NCBI RefSeq assembly: GCF_006345805.1
Contig: NC_042999.1
Coordinates: forward strand, 14,074,001 to 14,138,000
DNA length: 64,000 nucleotides
Direction: 5' to 3'
Origin: Octopus sinensis
Lineage: Eukaryota
This document shows, in pieces, positions 1 to 14,080 of the stretch (positions within the stretch are counted from its first letter, which is position 1; every line of letters starts with the position of its first letter). The notes beneath the pieces are model-generated. The model saw only the letters and a program-made list of their open reading frames with translations, ran no database searches and was not told where the DNA came from. The translations under genes and the position numbers were made by a program.

Positions 1-217
1 CACATGTTAACATGTATAAAAAACTCCTTTTTAATACAGTTCTATATTTAGGAGATAAGGAATTATATACATTATTTACATTATTTTCATTTGACAGATA
101 TTTACCCTCATCTTGTTTGTTGTTAACACAACGTTTTGGCTGATACACCCTCCAGCCTTCATCAGGTGTCTTGGGGAAATTTCGAACCTGGGTTCTCATT
201 CCTAAGGTATTTTTCAA

Positions 218-279
<62 letters not shown>

Positions 280-368
280 TCACTGCTTGGAATCGAACTT
301 GGAATCTTGGGGTTAGTAGACCGTGCTCTTAAACACTATGCCATATGCGCATGGGCATATGGCGTAGT
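1..368 (-). mobile_element. Non-autonomous palindromic element: central hairpin, tRNA-like head, (AAT)n, then hammerhead-bearing Penelope-like terminus (one arm preserved)
   Basis: Inverted homolog of 7388-7740. Hairpin ACTATGCCATATGC/GCATATGGCGTAGT at 335-368; tRNA-like B-box (GTTCGATTCC on minus strand, ~288-297); (ATT)n 220-275; hammerhead motif 125-170. Confidence 0.7.
125..170 (-). ncRNA. Minimal type I hammerhead ribozyme motif with core G12 changed to A
   Basis: Minus strand GACAC-CTGATGA-A-GGCTG(GAGGGTGTAT)CAGCC-AAAAC-GTT-GTGTT. Stem I GACAC/GTGTT, stem II GGCTG/CAGCC, palindromic ACGT stem III. GAAA reads AAAA (CpG-type change). Confidence 0.7.
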
Positions 369-1084
369 TGTCAAAAATTAGGTTAAAAAAATATGGGAGT
401 TTCTTATAAATTGATTGTATTATAATCCCTTACAAAACCTTTTTATCAAATTTTAAGCCCTGAATATTAAGGGGTTCCTTATACACATTAAAATATGGTA
501 CTTGGCATCGTGGTGTTAGCAAGTACCTGCAGGAAAAGGCTTTAGCCTCCAACGACATTCATGTTGAAATGGTTGCTACATTAGGAGATGACTCTCCAGT
601 TTTATCAGCAGCGCATAAGTGAGCAGCTGAATTTAGGATGGCAAGGGAGAATGTTAAAGACAACCCAAAGCTAACCCGAACAAGACTTGAACTCCAGAAT
701 GTAATGAATCAGAATATATTTATTGCAAGGCAATTAATGTTTCTGCCGATCCGCCTCCGTCTGCTTATCATATGAAAGAATTATCATTTGAATAATTTAA
801 TAGGATTGTGTTTGATGGTGTTGCTACTACTTTATGGTCGATTGGATTAAATACTGAAGTGGATTAGCTATCAGCCGGTGAGTTAATTTCATCAACACTT
901 GGTACTACATAGTTTGTTATGTTGTTGAATCACTAAGATGGCTGACGTGATGACAGACACTTGATCTATGAACTAAACCTGATAGAAATAGCAGCGAACT
1001 CCTCCTCAATTTATACCAGTGTACTGTGATAGAAAAGACAGAAGGACATTGGATCATATGGTCGTAGGAAGACGGTCATCATCA

Positions 1085-1330
1085 TCGTTTAACGTCCGCT
1101 TTCCATGTTAGCATGGGTTGGACACGATTTGACTGAGGACTGGCGAACTAAATGGCTGTACCAGGTTCCAATCTTGATCTGGCAGAGTTTCTACAACTGG
1201 ATGCCCTTCCTAACACCAACCACTCCGAGAGTGTAGTGGGTGCTTTTATGTGCCACCGGCAGGGGGCCAGTCAAGTGGTACTGGCAATGACCTTGCTCGA
1301 ATCTTTTACACATGCCACTGAGTGAGGTCG
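1085..1330 (-). mobile_element. SINE-like family A with (GAT)n tail (RTE-type 3' end); one of at least 12 copies in the window
   Basis: Shared core GGAGTGGTTGGYGTTAGGAAGGGCATCCAGYTGTAGAAA and end CATGGAAAGCGGACGTTAAACGATGATG. Other copies near 4690-5135, 6775-6945, 14180-14380, 15640-15745, 17100-17205, 20890-21585, 25560-25740, 31357-31629, 31950-32180, 45740-46030, 52255-52520. Confidence 0.85.
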
Positions 1331-1443
1331 TCAAGATAAAAAAGAATTGATGGTTGTGGCTGGAATGTTTTAAATCGAAGCTCACCACCTTAACAACAAC
1401 AATATTTTGGAAAATGAACATATTCTTTTCTACTCTAGGCACA

Positions 1444-1825
1444 AGGCCTGAAATTTTAGGGGAGGGAGCCAGTTGATTAAATCAACACCACTATGCAACT
1501 GGTACTTAATTTATCAACCCCGAAAGGATGAAAGGCAAAGTCAACCTTAATGGAATTTGAAGTCAGAACGTAGCGGCAGACGAAATACCTATTTCTTTAC
1601 TACCCACAAAGGGCTAAACACAGAGGGGACAAACAAGGACAGACAGACGGATTAAGTCAATTACATCGACTCCAGTGCATAACTGGTACTTATTTAATCG
1701 ACCCCAAAAGGATGAAAGGCAAAGTCGAACTCGACGGAATTTGAACTCAAAACGTAACAGCAGACGAAATACTGCTAAGCATTTCGCCTGGCGTGCTTAC
1801 GATTCTGCCAGCTTGCCATCTTAAA
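1444..1825 (-). mobile_element. tRNA-derived SINE family B (central GTCGACTTTGCCTTTCATCCTTTCGGGGTCGAT domain), internally dimeric
   Basis: Head GGCGAGCTGGCAGAA..., B-box-like GAGTTCAAATTCC, conserved central domain. Further copies near 8740, 13065, 18240, 30236, 30840, 32695, 40600, 47300, 48920, 54725, 55020, 55911, 63630, 63935. Confidence 0.85.
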
Positions 1826-2419
1826 AATGACACATTTTACAAGTTGAAGAGAGAACCTCTATGTGTTCATGCAGTCAGCTAGAAATAGCAGCCAAATCTC
1901 CCTCAAATCCCCGCCCTCTATCACAAGCTCCACCACTGTATTAACAAAATGAACTGGGTAGATGATGTCGTCATAGGCTGGCTTTCTGCAGATAGAAAGA
2001 AAAATGTTGGGCTGGATATTGCTGGATTGCCTTTGATTGCAGGTCTGCTTGATTGAGGTTGACCTGAGGCTAAAACAGCAACAGCAATATAATCAATGTA
2101 ACTGACAAGATAAACATCACTGCAGCCACTGCTACCATCTCTACCATCACCAGCACCACCACCACCAACACCACCACCAACACTGCTACTACCAAAACCA
2201 TCACCACTATGACTATGATGTCCACTACTACCATCATTCCCCGCCACCACTAGCACCACCACCACCATCACAATCACAGTCACCACCAACGCCGTCAACA
2301 ACAACAACAACAGCAACAGCAACCACAGCAGCAATAACTTATCTTGGGTCTTAACTTCATGCAGAGCACTTTCACTCGTCTGGAACACTAAAATATCTTT
2401 TGAAGGAACGAGAATATCA

Positions 2420-3835
<1,416 letters not shown>

Positions 3836-5796
3836 TTCTTTAAGGAACAAATCAGCTGGGTACCTAACTTCATTGCCACAGTTAGTTTGGTTGCTTTTAA
3901 TGAAGTTGATATATTGATTTCCTTCGATAAGGCAAAAGGCCAATTCCAGTATATAAAATGGGAAATGGCTGTCTGAATACATTCCAGTACAATAACTGGT
4001 ACTTAACCCATCCTCCCCACCACCACAACCACCTTCACCACCCCTTTCATGGATTCCGATGCTATGTTGTCTCAGAGATAACGCTAAGTAATTAACTCTC
4101 ATTTCTCTGCATTTGACAAGAAGAAACTAAAACATGAATTAACTATAAAAAAGACAAGAAAGATAATCGTAAATCAAAAAGACTAACTGAGCCAATTCTT
4201 AGTACATTTATTGCTATATATATATATATATATATCTATATATATATATATATATATACTATATATACATACTACGGAGGCATTAAGGTTGTGTGGTGGA
4301 GAAGTTCTTGCATTCATGAATAATCACATGGTTTTGTTTTGGAGTTGGTTTATTGCATGGTATCTTGGGTATTTGACACCTGCTATGGGCTGACCCATGG
4401 TTGGCAGTGATGTGAGAAATTATTAGACAGAAATTATGTGAAGCCAGTTATATATATATATATATATCGACTGCTAGCCACTATAGCTTTTTTTATATTC
4501 TCTCTCTGTTTATTTTCTCATGTTCCTTTCTGTTGAAGAGCATAGGCTCGAAACGTAAAAAACTTTCTCACCTTCCTGAGTGTTAAACTAATACACCTGT
4601 TTGTTGTTTACACACCTGTCTTCATCTTTTGTTTTCTTGTAAATTCAAACTATATATATATATTTATATATATATATAAACTCTGCTTGGGAAGACCTGT
4701 TGAGACAAGTGAAATTAAAATCAAAATCAAATTCGATGACTGGCATCCGTGCTAGTGGGGCGCTAAGAGCACCATCCAAGCATGATCGTTGCCAGAGCGG
4801 CTAACTGGCTTCCGTGCCGGTGGCACATAAAAGGCATTATTCGAGTGTGATCATTACCAGCGTCGCATTACTGGCACATGAAAAAACATTCGAGTGGGGC
4901 CATTGCCAGTACCGCCTGATTGGCCCCCGTGCCGGTGGCATGTAAAAGCACCCACTACACTCTCGGAGTGGTTAGCATTAGGAATGGCATCTAGCTGTAG
5001 AAACTCTGCCAGATCAAGACTGGAGCCTGGTGCAGCCATTTGGTTCATCATACCAACAGTCAAACCATCCAACCCATGCTAGCATGGAAAGCAGACGTTA
5101 AACAATGACGATGATGATGATGATGATGATGATACAGTAATATAAAGTAATTGGTAATTGTTTTTGCATTGAAAATGTACTTGGATATTAATATTAATTG
5201 TGACTTTAAAATTTTTGAAGAAATTTATTAAAATACCATACCGGTTTCAACTTTCCTTTATATTTTGTTTTTTTACTGATAAATATAGAATAGGATAAAA
5301 GTTTTAAAAAAGTAAATGCACAGGAGAAAATTTCATAGCAATAAAACATGTTCAAAAAATCAAAAGTTCAGGAAAAATTCAAGTGTTCAATAAATTTAAC
5401 AGCAATAGAAATTGAGAAAAGTTCAAAATGTTCAATAAATTTCATAACAATAATGCATGATTGAGAGTTCGATAGGTTTCAAAGCAATAAGTTATATTGA
5501 CAATTAGATATGATAATTTTTTAAAAAATAAGAAAAAGTTTTTTTACAAGTTCTCTCATGGTATCATCATCATCATCAGTTAATGTCTGTCTTCGATACT
5601 GACAGTTTGACAGAAGCTGGCAAGCTGAAGAGCTGCACCAGACTCCAATATATGAAGTAGAAATGTTTGTCATTTGTTTTACTGATGGAACCTTCAACTG
5701 TTGTAAGATGATATTGTTTTCTGTATCTATTTATTGTCTACACCACCTGTCTTCGTCTTTTGTTTTTTTGTGAATTCTCCCTATATATTATACATA

Positions 5797-5942
<146 letters not shown>

Positions 5943-6157
5943 AGCAATAATAAATCTCTGAGCTAGATATAAACAGTAGCAGCATGACTTCATGAAGTAT
6001 ATTTGCCACCTAAATGTAGGTGAACTATAAGGGACGATGCTATTGTAGTTTATAGCCCCAGGAAGACATCTCCTCCAGCTGGCTATTGACACACTGTCTG
6101 TGCCCTATCAGTATTTACAATGGGAAATCATCGTTCCCATCTCCTGACATGATAGAC

Positions 6158-6196
6158 ATGGACCCGAGTTTCTGGGTAATAACCTGTCATCAGCAT
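6158..6196 (-). ncRNA. Minimal type I hammerhead ribozyme with intact catalytic core and GUC cleavage triplet
   Basis: Minus strand ATG-CTGATGA-CAGGT(TATT)ACCCA-GAAA-CTCGG-GTC-CAT. Stem I ATG/CAT; stem III ACTCGGGT is self-complementary with G.U pairs. Predicted cut between 6161 and 6160. Confidence 0.8.
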
Positions 6197-6514
6197 TTGA
6201 CAACCACCGGCTGGAATGAGAAGTGATTCTCAATGCAAATACATATACTTTTTTCCAGTGATGAAAAATCACTGATCTCGAAAAAGGAGAAACGAACAAT
6301 AATAAATCTCTGAGCAAGATATAAACAGTGGCAGCATGACATTGTGAAGTATATTTGCCACCTAAATGTGGCTGACCCAAATGCGACAATGCTACTGGAG
6401 TTTATAGCTCCAGGAAGACATCTCCTCCAGCTGGCTATTGACACACTCTCTGTGCCCTCTCAGTATTTGCAAAGGAAAAATCATTGTTCCTATCTCTAGC
6501 CTGACGTGATACAC

Positions 6515-6549
6515 ATGGACCTGAGTTTCTGGGTAATAACCCGTCATCA
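6515..6549 (-). ncRNA. Second hammerhead copy, 5'-truncated (C3 and the 5' strand of stem I lost at an (AT)n junction)
   Basis: Minus strand aTGATGA-CGGGT(TATT)ACCCA-GAAA-CTCAG-GTC-CAT. Confidence 0.7.
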
Positions 6550-6951
6550 TATATATATTTAACTCTTATACTTGTTTCTGTCATTTGACTGTGGCCATGC
6601 TGGAGCACCACCCTTAGTTGAACAAATCGACCCTAGGACTTATTCTTTGTAAGCCTAGTACTTATTCTATCGGTTACCAAGTGATGGTGAGGGGACAAAC
6701 ACAGATACGCAAATACATGCATACATACATACAAACATACATACATACATACATATATATTATCATCATCATTGTTTTAACGTCTGCTTTCATGCTGGCA
6801 TAGGTTGGATGGTTTGACTGAGGACCGGCAAGCCGGGAGGCTGTGCCAAGCTCCAAACTGATCTGGCAAGGTGTCTTCAACTGGATGCATTACCTAACGC
6901 CAATCATTCAGCAGGGTGTAGTGAGTGCTTTTTACATGCCACCAGCATAAA

Positions 6952-7140
6952 GTTCCCCCTCCTCGTAATTTTCCTGGAAGTACTTTCCCTTCTTTGGAAT
7001 TTCGCAGGAAGTCCTCCCCCACTAAATCTCCTCCTCTGACTTTTCCTGGAAGTCCCTCCTCCCCTTCCTCCCCTCCTTGAAATTTTCCAGGAAGTCCCCC
7101 TCCTCGGACTTTTCCAGGAAGTCCTTCCCCTTCAACTCCC
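6952..7140. repeat. Minisatellite of TTTTCCWGGAAGTCCCCTCCTC-like units
   Basis: TTCCWGGAA at 6971, 7043, 7085 and 7112, variant TTCGCAGGAA at 7001; each followed by GT. Confidence 0.8.
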
Positions 7141-7460
7141 TGCAAAAGACATAAACTAAAGTACCAGTCACATACTAAGCATAATATAAGTGACTGTTTC
7201 CTCTCCTCAAATTTGTGGTCTCATGTTTATAATAAATACATATTATCTTTTACCATATTTCATTTGTTAAACTGCAGTCATATTTTAGGCCTTGATGGGT
7301 TTAGATAAACAACTTGACCCTAGATATCTTTTGACAAACCTCTAAGTTATGGGGATGTAAACAAACCAAAACTGTTCTAGATTTAAGAGATGAGGAATTA
7401 TGTACATTATTTACATTATTTACATTCGACGGATATGTAACCACTACGCCATATGCGCAC

Positions 7461-7534
7461 GGGCATATGACGTAGTGGTTAAGAGCGCGGGCTACAAACC
7501 CCATGATTCCGAGTTCGATTCCAGGCAGTGACCT
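7461..7534 (+). promoter_or_regulatory. tRNA-like internal Pol III promoter (SINE head), not a functional tRNA
   Basis: A-box-like TGACGTAGTGG and B-box GAGTTCGATTCC (7511-7522); acceptor stem does not pair cleanly. Confidence 0.65.
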
Positions 7535-7535
7535 G

Positions 7536-7611
<76 letters not shown>

Positions 7612-7663
7612 GTAACATCGAAAAATACTTTAGGAATGAGGACCCAGGTTCGAAATTCCCCAA

Positions 7664-7693
7664 GATACCTGATGAAGGCTGAAACATTGTGTT
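7664..7693 (+). ncRNA. Degenerate hammerhead motif (stem II deleted)
   Basis: GATAC-CTGATGA-AGGCT-GAAAC-ATT-GTGTT; retains the GAAA that is mutated in the 125-170 copy. Confidence 0.6.
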
Positions 7694-7749
7694 AACAACA
7701 AACAAGATGACAAATATCTGTCAAATATAAATAATGTAAATAAACCAAA

Positions 7750-8450
7750 ACTAATTATCAGTTGGTGGGGTAGGGACAGTCACAAGCACCAACACACACG
7801 CACGTTCGGGCTTTCAGTTAATTTCCATTAACCAATAGCTAAACAACGACAATAGTGAGTGATTTTGAGGGAGATTTAGCAGCTATTTCAAGCACGCGGG
7901 ACCTTTTGAATGGCACACCTAACGAAAAATTACTTATAATTATTTAATAATACGGCGCTTGTTGCCAAACTGTGCCTCCTGACACTCGTTTCTTGGAAAA
8001 TATTGCGGATGCTTGATGCAAAGGTTTCCTCGAATGGAGTATAAGGTTCCCTGTTGTAAGCATTAAATGACAAATAGTCCATTAGGTTCTCGGAGCCAAT
8101 GTATTACAATACAAAATGGAAATAAAAACGAGAATTTATTCCCAGCAAATTTAACTGGTTGTTAGGTATTATTTATGATTCGATGGTGATCCTTCATTCT
8201 TTCTGCAGATAAAGAAAACAAACGCATTTAATTGCGATTAATTTCCCGTATTTGAGACTACAGCATAGATCATTTACCTTCTCCATCGATATCTAACTTC
8301 ATGTTAGCCAGACAGAAAGAGAGATGGTACAGGGCATTGAGTTTGAAAGGATAATAACCAGTAAACAAGCTATAATCTGAAAGGCAGACATTTAATCTCC
8401 CTGTCTACTCTAACTCAATGTTTCTAGAGCGAACAAGGGAGAGTCTCTGT
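7750..8450. promoter_or_regulatory. CpG-retaining unique sequence, possible promoter or first-exon region
   Basis: CpG visibly more frequent than in other unique DNA of the window; plus-strand donor-like CCCTGTT|gtaagc at 8055; neighbouring SINEs keep their CpGs. Confidence 0.25.
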
Positions 8451-8739
8451 TGTACGACCTGCATAGAAACAGCTCCCAAATCTCCCTCAATTCGCACCCT
8501 AGGGTCGTAAAGAAGGTAGAATACGATGGATAGTGTATTCTTACAGATACAATAAGACAATCACGACTGGAATGTCTTTGACCATAGATATACTCAATAT
8601 AGGTTGGTCCTAAAGATAAGTGACTAAACGTTTTCTGAGCAAAATGGTAACTAACGTCAGTTACCTCCCCTATATAACAATTCCTTTGTTTTCTTTCAGC
8701 TTCCTTAATTTTAACAAAGCATTATATGTATGTATGAAG

Positions 8740-9460
8740 GCGGCGAGCTGGCAGAAACGTTAGCACGCCGGGCGAAATGTTTATAGGTATTTCGTCTGCC
8801 GTTACGTTCTGAGTTCAAATTCCGCCGAGGTCGATTAAATATGTACCTTTCGGGGTCGATTAAATATGTACCAGTTACGCACTGGAGTCCATATAATTGA
8901 CTTAATCCATTTGTCTGTTCTTGTTTGTCCTCTCTGTGTTTAGCCCCTTGTGGGTAATAAAGAAATAGGTATTTCGTCTGCTGTTACATTCTGAGTTCAA
9001 ATTCCGCCGAGGTTGACTTTGCCTTTCATCCTTTCGGGGTCGATTTAAAAAAAAAAAAAGACTCCGCCGGTTACGACGACGAGGGTCCCAGCTGATACGA
9101 TCAACGGAACAGCTTGCTCGTGAAATTAACGTGCAAATGGCTGAGCATTCCACAGACACGTGTACCCTTAACGTAGTTCTCGGGGAAAATCAGCGTGACA
9201 CAGAGAGTGACAAGGCTGACCCTTTGAAATACAAGTACAACTCATTTTTGCCAGCTGAGTGGACTGGAGCAACGTGAAATAAAGTGTCTTGCTCAAGGAC
9301 ACAACGCGTCGCCGGGAATCGAACTCACAACCTTACGATCATGAGCCGAATGCCCTAACCACTAAGCCACGCGCCCTCACTCGGGGTCGATTAAGAAAGT
9401 ACCAGTTATGCACTGGGGTCAAATTCCGCAAATTTCAGGCCTTGTGCTTATAATAGAAAA
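8740..9460 (+). mobile_element. Family B SINE multimer interrupted by a younger SINE
   Basis: Head at 8740; internal junction AAAGAAATAG|GTATTTCGTC near 8967; resumes after the nested insertion at 9381. Confidence 0.8.
9046..9380 (-). mobile_element. Young full-length tRNA-derived SINE with a 12-bp target-site duplication
   Basis: Minus-strand head GTGAGGGCGCGTGGCTTAGTGGTTAGG...GAGTTCGATTCCC; T-run tail; TSD TCGGGGTCGATT at 9034-9045 and 9381-9392. Confidence 0.85.
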
Positions 9461-9654
9461 TATTGTGTGAGTGTGTGTATGTCTGTTTATGTATGTATGT
9501 GTGTATGTGTGTGTGTGTGCGTGTGTATGTATACAGGAAGATGGCAATTGGAGGTGGATGTGTGTGTATCTATATCAATATCTTTTGTTGTATCAGGGGA
9601 AGGTCATACTGCCTTACACTCACCGGTTCAATTTCCACTCATTATTTGATACCT

Positions 9655-9990
<336 letters not shown>

Positions 9991-11709
9991 ATATATATTT
10001 ATATATACACACACACACAAACACACACATATATGATCAAAGATAGGCAAATTATGATTCAACAATGGAGATGCTGGTATCTGCTGCATGTTCGCAGATG
10101 ACTAGCGTACAGTTTATGAGAGTGACAAGCGGGATCTTTGTAATCACAGATAAACATTGAGTAAAGAATGTAATGGGTGGAATTGGGTAGTTGAAGAAAC
10201 AGTCTCTTTGATGAATTGTTTCTTTAGATTTTTCTTTAGATTACAAGATAGTAGTTACAAGATACAGTAAGGAATATCTTTAAAAGATCTTTGTACCACT
10301 TTTGATTTGAACATCTAGTCTTGTTTGTTAGGTGAGTCATTATTTCTCTTTGTAATGCCATCCTTTGCAGGTGAAATTGCTCCATTCCAGATATGTTTAC
10401 TCAGCAGAATATTTTATCTTGAAGAGCATAATATAGATGTTAGACAGAACCGTGCCAGCATGGAAAATGGACATTAAATGATGATGATCATCATCATCAC
10501 CATCTTTGCTAATTGGAATATTCCACTACAGGAATACTTTGGTGTAAAATTAAACAGCAAGAAGTCTCGTGTACATTGGCTTGAAGAACTCTTTTATTCT
10601 GTATGTATTTTGGATAAGGGTCTTTTATTATAGCCCTGGGTTAGCCAAAGCCTTGAAAATGGTTTTGGTAGACTGAAACTGAAAAATTCCCACCACACAC
10701 ACATACATATCTATGTGTATGGGGTGTGATTTTTTTTTAGGAGAGGCAATTATAACAGTCCTAAATTATCATAATTTTAGTCTATATATGTGGTTGTGTG
10801 TGAGTGTGTGTTTGAGTCGATATGTGTGTATGTGTGAGAGTATACATACATACATACATACCATGTTACATGTTGTGTTTTTCAACAAGATACTTTATTT
10901 CACATTGCTCCAGTTCACTCAGCTGTAGAAATGAGTTGCAATGTCACAGGTGCCAAGCTGTATCAGCCTTTGCCTTTCTTTTGGATAACACTGGTGATGT
11001 GGAGAGGGGAGGCCGGTATGCATGGGTGACCGCTGGCCTTCCACAAACAACCTTGCTCGGACTTGTGCCTGGGAGGGTAACTTTCTAGGTGCAATCCCAT
11101 GGTCAGTCATGACCAAAGGGGGTCTCAGCTCAGCAGTATATATATATATATATATATATGAGGTGTGTGGTTTTTGTGTAACTATGGTTGTGTATTCTTC
11201 ATATGTATCTCTGTATGTGTGTGTATATGAAGTGTGAAAGTGCATAAAGTCTTTATGTGCATGTGTGTTTGTGTGCAAGAGAGACTGTGTGTGTGTTTGC
11301 GTGTCTGGGAGTTAGTATATGCTTGAAATTCACGTGTGTTTGCTGCTGGTGAACAAAAGGTTCTTTCAACCATGCCATTTGTTTTCAATTTTCAGTTTAA
11401 ACAAGTCTGTGTAGTTTGTTGTCCAAAAGACTGGGAGATTGCTACCTCCCTTACAAACTAGTAGGGATTAGTGACAGGAAGAGCACCCAGCTACAGAAAA
11501 CTCTGTCTTAATGCACATTTCTATGAACAATGCGAGCATGGAAAAGTAAATGTTAAAATGACAGTAATGAAGGTGGTGATTGATGGTGGTCGTGATGATG
11601 ATGATGAACATGGTGGTGGTGATGATGATGATAATGGTGGTGGTGGTGGTGGTGGTGGTGGTGGTAGTGGTTGCAGTTGTGGTGATGCTGCAGTTTTTTT
11701 GTACTGTAG

Positions 11710-11772
11710 ATTTACCAACAGGTTTATATCGCAACTATACAACAAAAGTTGCGTTTTTGATTACTTGATTAA
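11710..11772 (+). CDS. Candidate micro-exon (FTNRFISQLYNKSCVFDYLI), phase 2 to 2
   Basis: ttttttgtactgtag| acceptor and AA|gtaaaa donor, one open frame; no homology recognised. Confidence 0.15.
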
Positions 11773-12621
11773 GTAAAAAGACGAAAAAAAAAATTGATCT
11801 ATCACAACAATAACAATGTTCTAAAATCAACATTGATCATTATTAACCAAAGGATATCATAAAGAAATTTTAAATGCTACACTTAAATCAGTTAAAATTA
11901 ACATTTCTCATCATCAAAGTCAGCCATTTTCTTTTTTACTTTCACTTTCACATTTAATTTTTTTTTGTATTATAGAGGAAATAGGGTTGTTATACAATGA
12001 CTGCATGTAACATGTAGTGTTTGAATGTCTGTGAGTTGATTTAAGTGCATTATCATAAATTTTTAAATGAAAATTTTCCCTGAGTATTGTTTAATATTGA
12101 TTTTAGAATCTGTATTTTCACTGATGTACAATTGTCTTCTTCTTAATTTGAACTCTGATATAAATTTCTATTGTATGATTCTAACCTTCACTGTTGTTTC
12201 GTATTAAGTTGTATTGATAATTTCCCATACACTACATCAACAGTGTCATCAATAAACAATAGACCCCTAATTAGCTTCTTGTGGCCAGATAAAGCCATAT
12301 TGAATTGAATTACTTGATTACATTTTGACATTGCAGCAAAAGCCTATGTATGTGCCATTGTCATCACTATGAAGATTCTCGATGAATCATCAGAAAAGCT
12401 TTTTCTTTTTCCTTTGCATCATTTTAACGTCCACTTTTCCATGCAAGCATGGGTCAGATGGAATCTTTTGAGGTAGATTTTTCTATGGCTGGACGCACTT
12501 CCAGTTGCCAACCTTTAACTGTCTCCAGTGAAGCTAATATTTCCTCATAGCCATTACATGCCATCACATAAGGCTGGAAATAAATGATGCTGCTTGTATG
12601 ATGGGGATTATTATTATTATT

Positions 12622-13017
12622 GAGTGAGAGAGCAGTACATGCCATCAAAGTGACTCTGGGGTAAAATATACGAAGTCCAGTATACCCATCATGACTACCC
12701 GTTTGATAAGGGTACACCAGGCACATGCATCACAACCATATGTGCGCGACATGGTGATCTCATATCAAGATAAACAGCACATGACCTTGCAGGTGGGGCC
12801 CAGTTAGAATTTTCTTCTGGTCGAGTAACCCATCCCGCTCAAAAGGTCCCTGAATAAGGGTTGTTTAAGGATGTTGAAGGAAACAAATCTGTTGTATTGA
12901 GCAGAATATTTACTGTAGCCCATCTTTTACACCAAGACAAAACAATGTACATGATAACACTCCCAATCAGTTAAGATCAGAAGCCATGAGAGCCTGTGTC
13001 TGGTACTGCATCAGGGC
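12622..13017 (-). mobile_element. Retroelement 3' fragment bounded by (ATT)n on both sides, copy 1
   Basis: Homologous to 14081-14778 and 25851-26392; common left end next to (ATT)n. Confidence 0.7.
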
Positions 13018-13567
13018 ATTATTATTATTATTACTATTATTTTTATTATTACTATTATGTAAAGTGGCAAGCTTGAAGAATTGTTAGCATGCTGGGAGAA
13101 ATGCTTATGGTATTTCGTCTGTCACTATGTTCTGAATTCAAATTCTGACAAGGTCGACTTTGCCTTTCATCTATTCGGGGTTGATGAATTAAGTACCAGT
13201 GAAAACACTGGGGTGAATCTAATCAACTAGTCATCTCACCCAAATTTCAGGCCTTGTGCCAATAGTGGAAAGGATTATTATTATTATTCTATGTTTGACT
13301 TTTGCTTTATATTTGTACAAGTTGGCTCCAAGTCTCACCCAGAGACCTCAAGAGACAACAGGTTGGAAGTTCATGTTGTTGTTATGCCTAGTGTGCCATA
13401 TATTGGTTTTGTATTTAGTGTTGTACAAGTGAATGCCTAAAAAAAAAAAAGCGAAAATTATGTTTGTTTTAAACCTTGAGATTACATAGAAAGTATTTTG
13501 CATAGGATATGAGCATTTCCCATGAGCACTATCTTTTGAATTTCTGCCATTATTATTATTATTATTA

Positions 13568-13704
<137 letters not shown>

Positions 13705-14080
13705 TATCATTATTATTATTACTATTATTATTATTATTATCATTATTAGTGAAGACGTGTGACTTAGTGGTTGTGGTATTGCACTGGAGATCATGAGACA
13801 ATGGTTTCAGTTCCTAAGCAGAGTGATGCATTGTGCTCTTGATCTAAGCACTACATCCCACATTGCTCTGCAGTCGCTTTGACACCTGACAGGTGGTACA
13901 CCATGCACCTGTTTCGGCAATGTTGCTTTAATGGTGGAAGTCAGGTAATGTATGGAACATACATTTGATCATTATAAACAAATCATTTGTGCAAGTTGTT
14001 TGGCAAAAGCTGAACATTCATATTCGTCCTCTTTGATGGAAGAGTCCATCATTATTATAAATTATTATTATTATTATTAT

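Larger units (their letters stand above)
5945..6549 (-). mobile_element. Head-to-tail ~1.7-mer of a ~352-357-nt hammerhead-containing unit (non-LTR retrozyme / Penelope pLTR-like)
   Basis: 5945-6192 and 6297-6549 are diverged direct repeats, each ending in a hammerhead motif. The predicted cleavage sites are 357 nt apart. Confidence 0.75.
7388..7740 (+). mobile_element. Second copy of the palindromic tRNA-head/hammerhead element (right arm intact, left arm internally deleted)
   Basis: Central hairpin AACCACTACGCCATATGC-gcacgg-GCATATGACGTAGTGGTT (7439-7480). Left remnant 7388-7437 is the inverse of the terminal sequence at 7715-7740. Confidence 0.7.

Noticed and set aside
781-883. Exon-like frame IVFDGVATTLWSIGLNTEVD* followed by a strong donor CCG|gtgagt; TAG-to-TGG recoding by A-to-I editing was considered
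   Set aside because: In-frame stop, no recognised homology and no evidence for editing; too speculative.
6894-7145. Collagen-like GLPGK ORF
   Set aside because: No continuous Gly-X-Y register; it is the minisatellite read on the minus strand and runs into a SINE.
7461-7534. tRNA gene (also 9300-9380 and 56857-56930)
   Set aside because: No complete cloverleaf, and each continues into a repeat body, so these are SINE heads.
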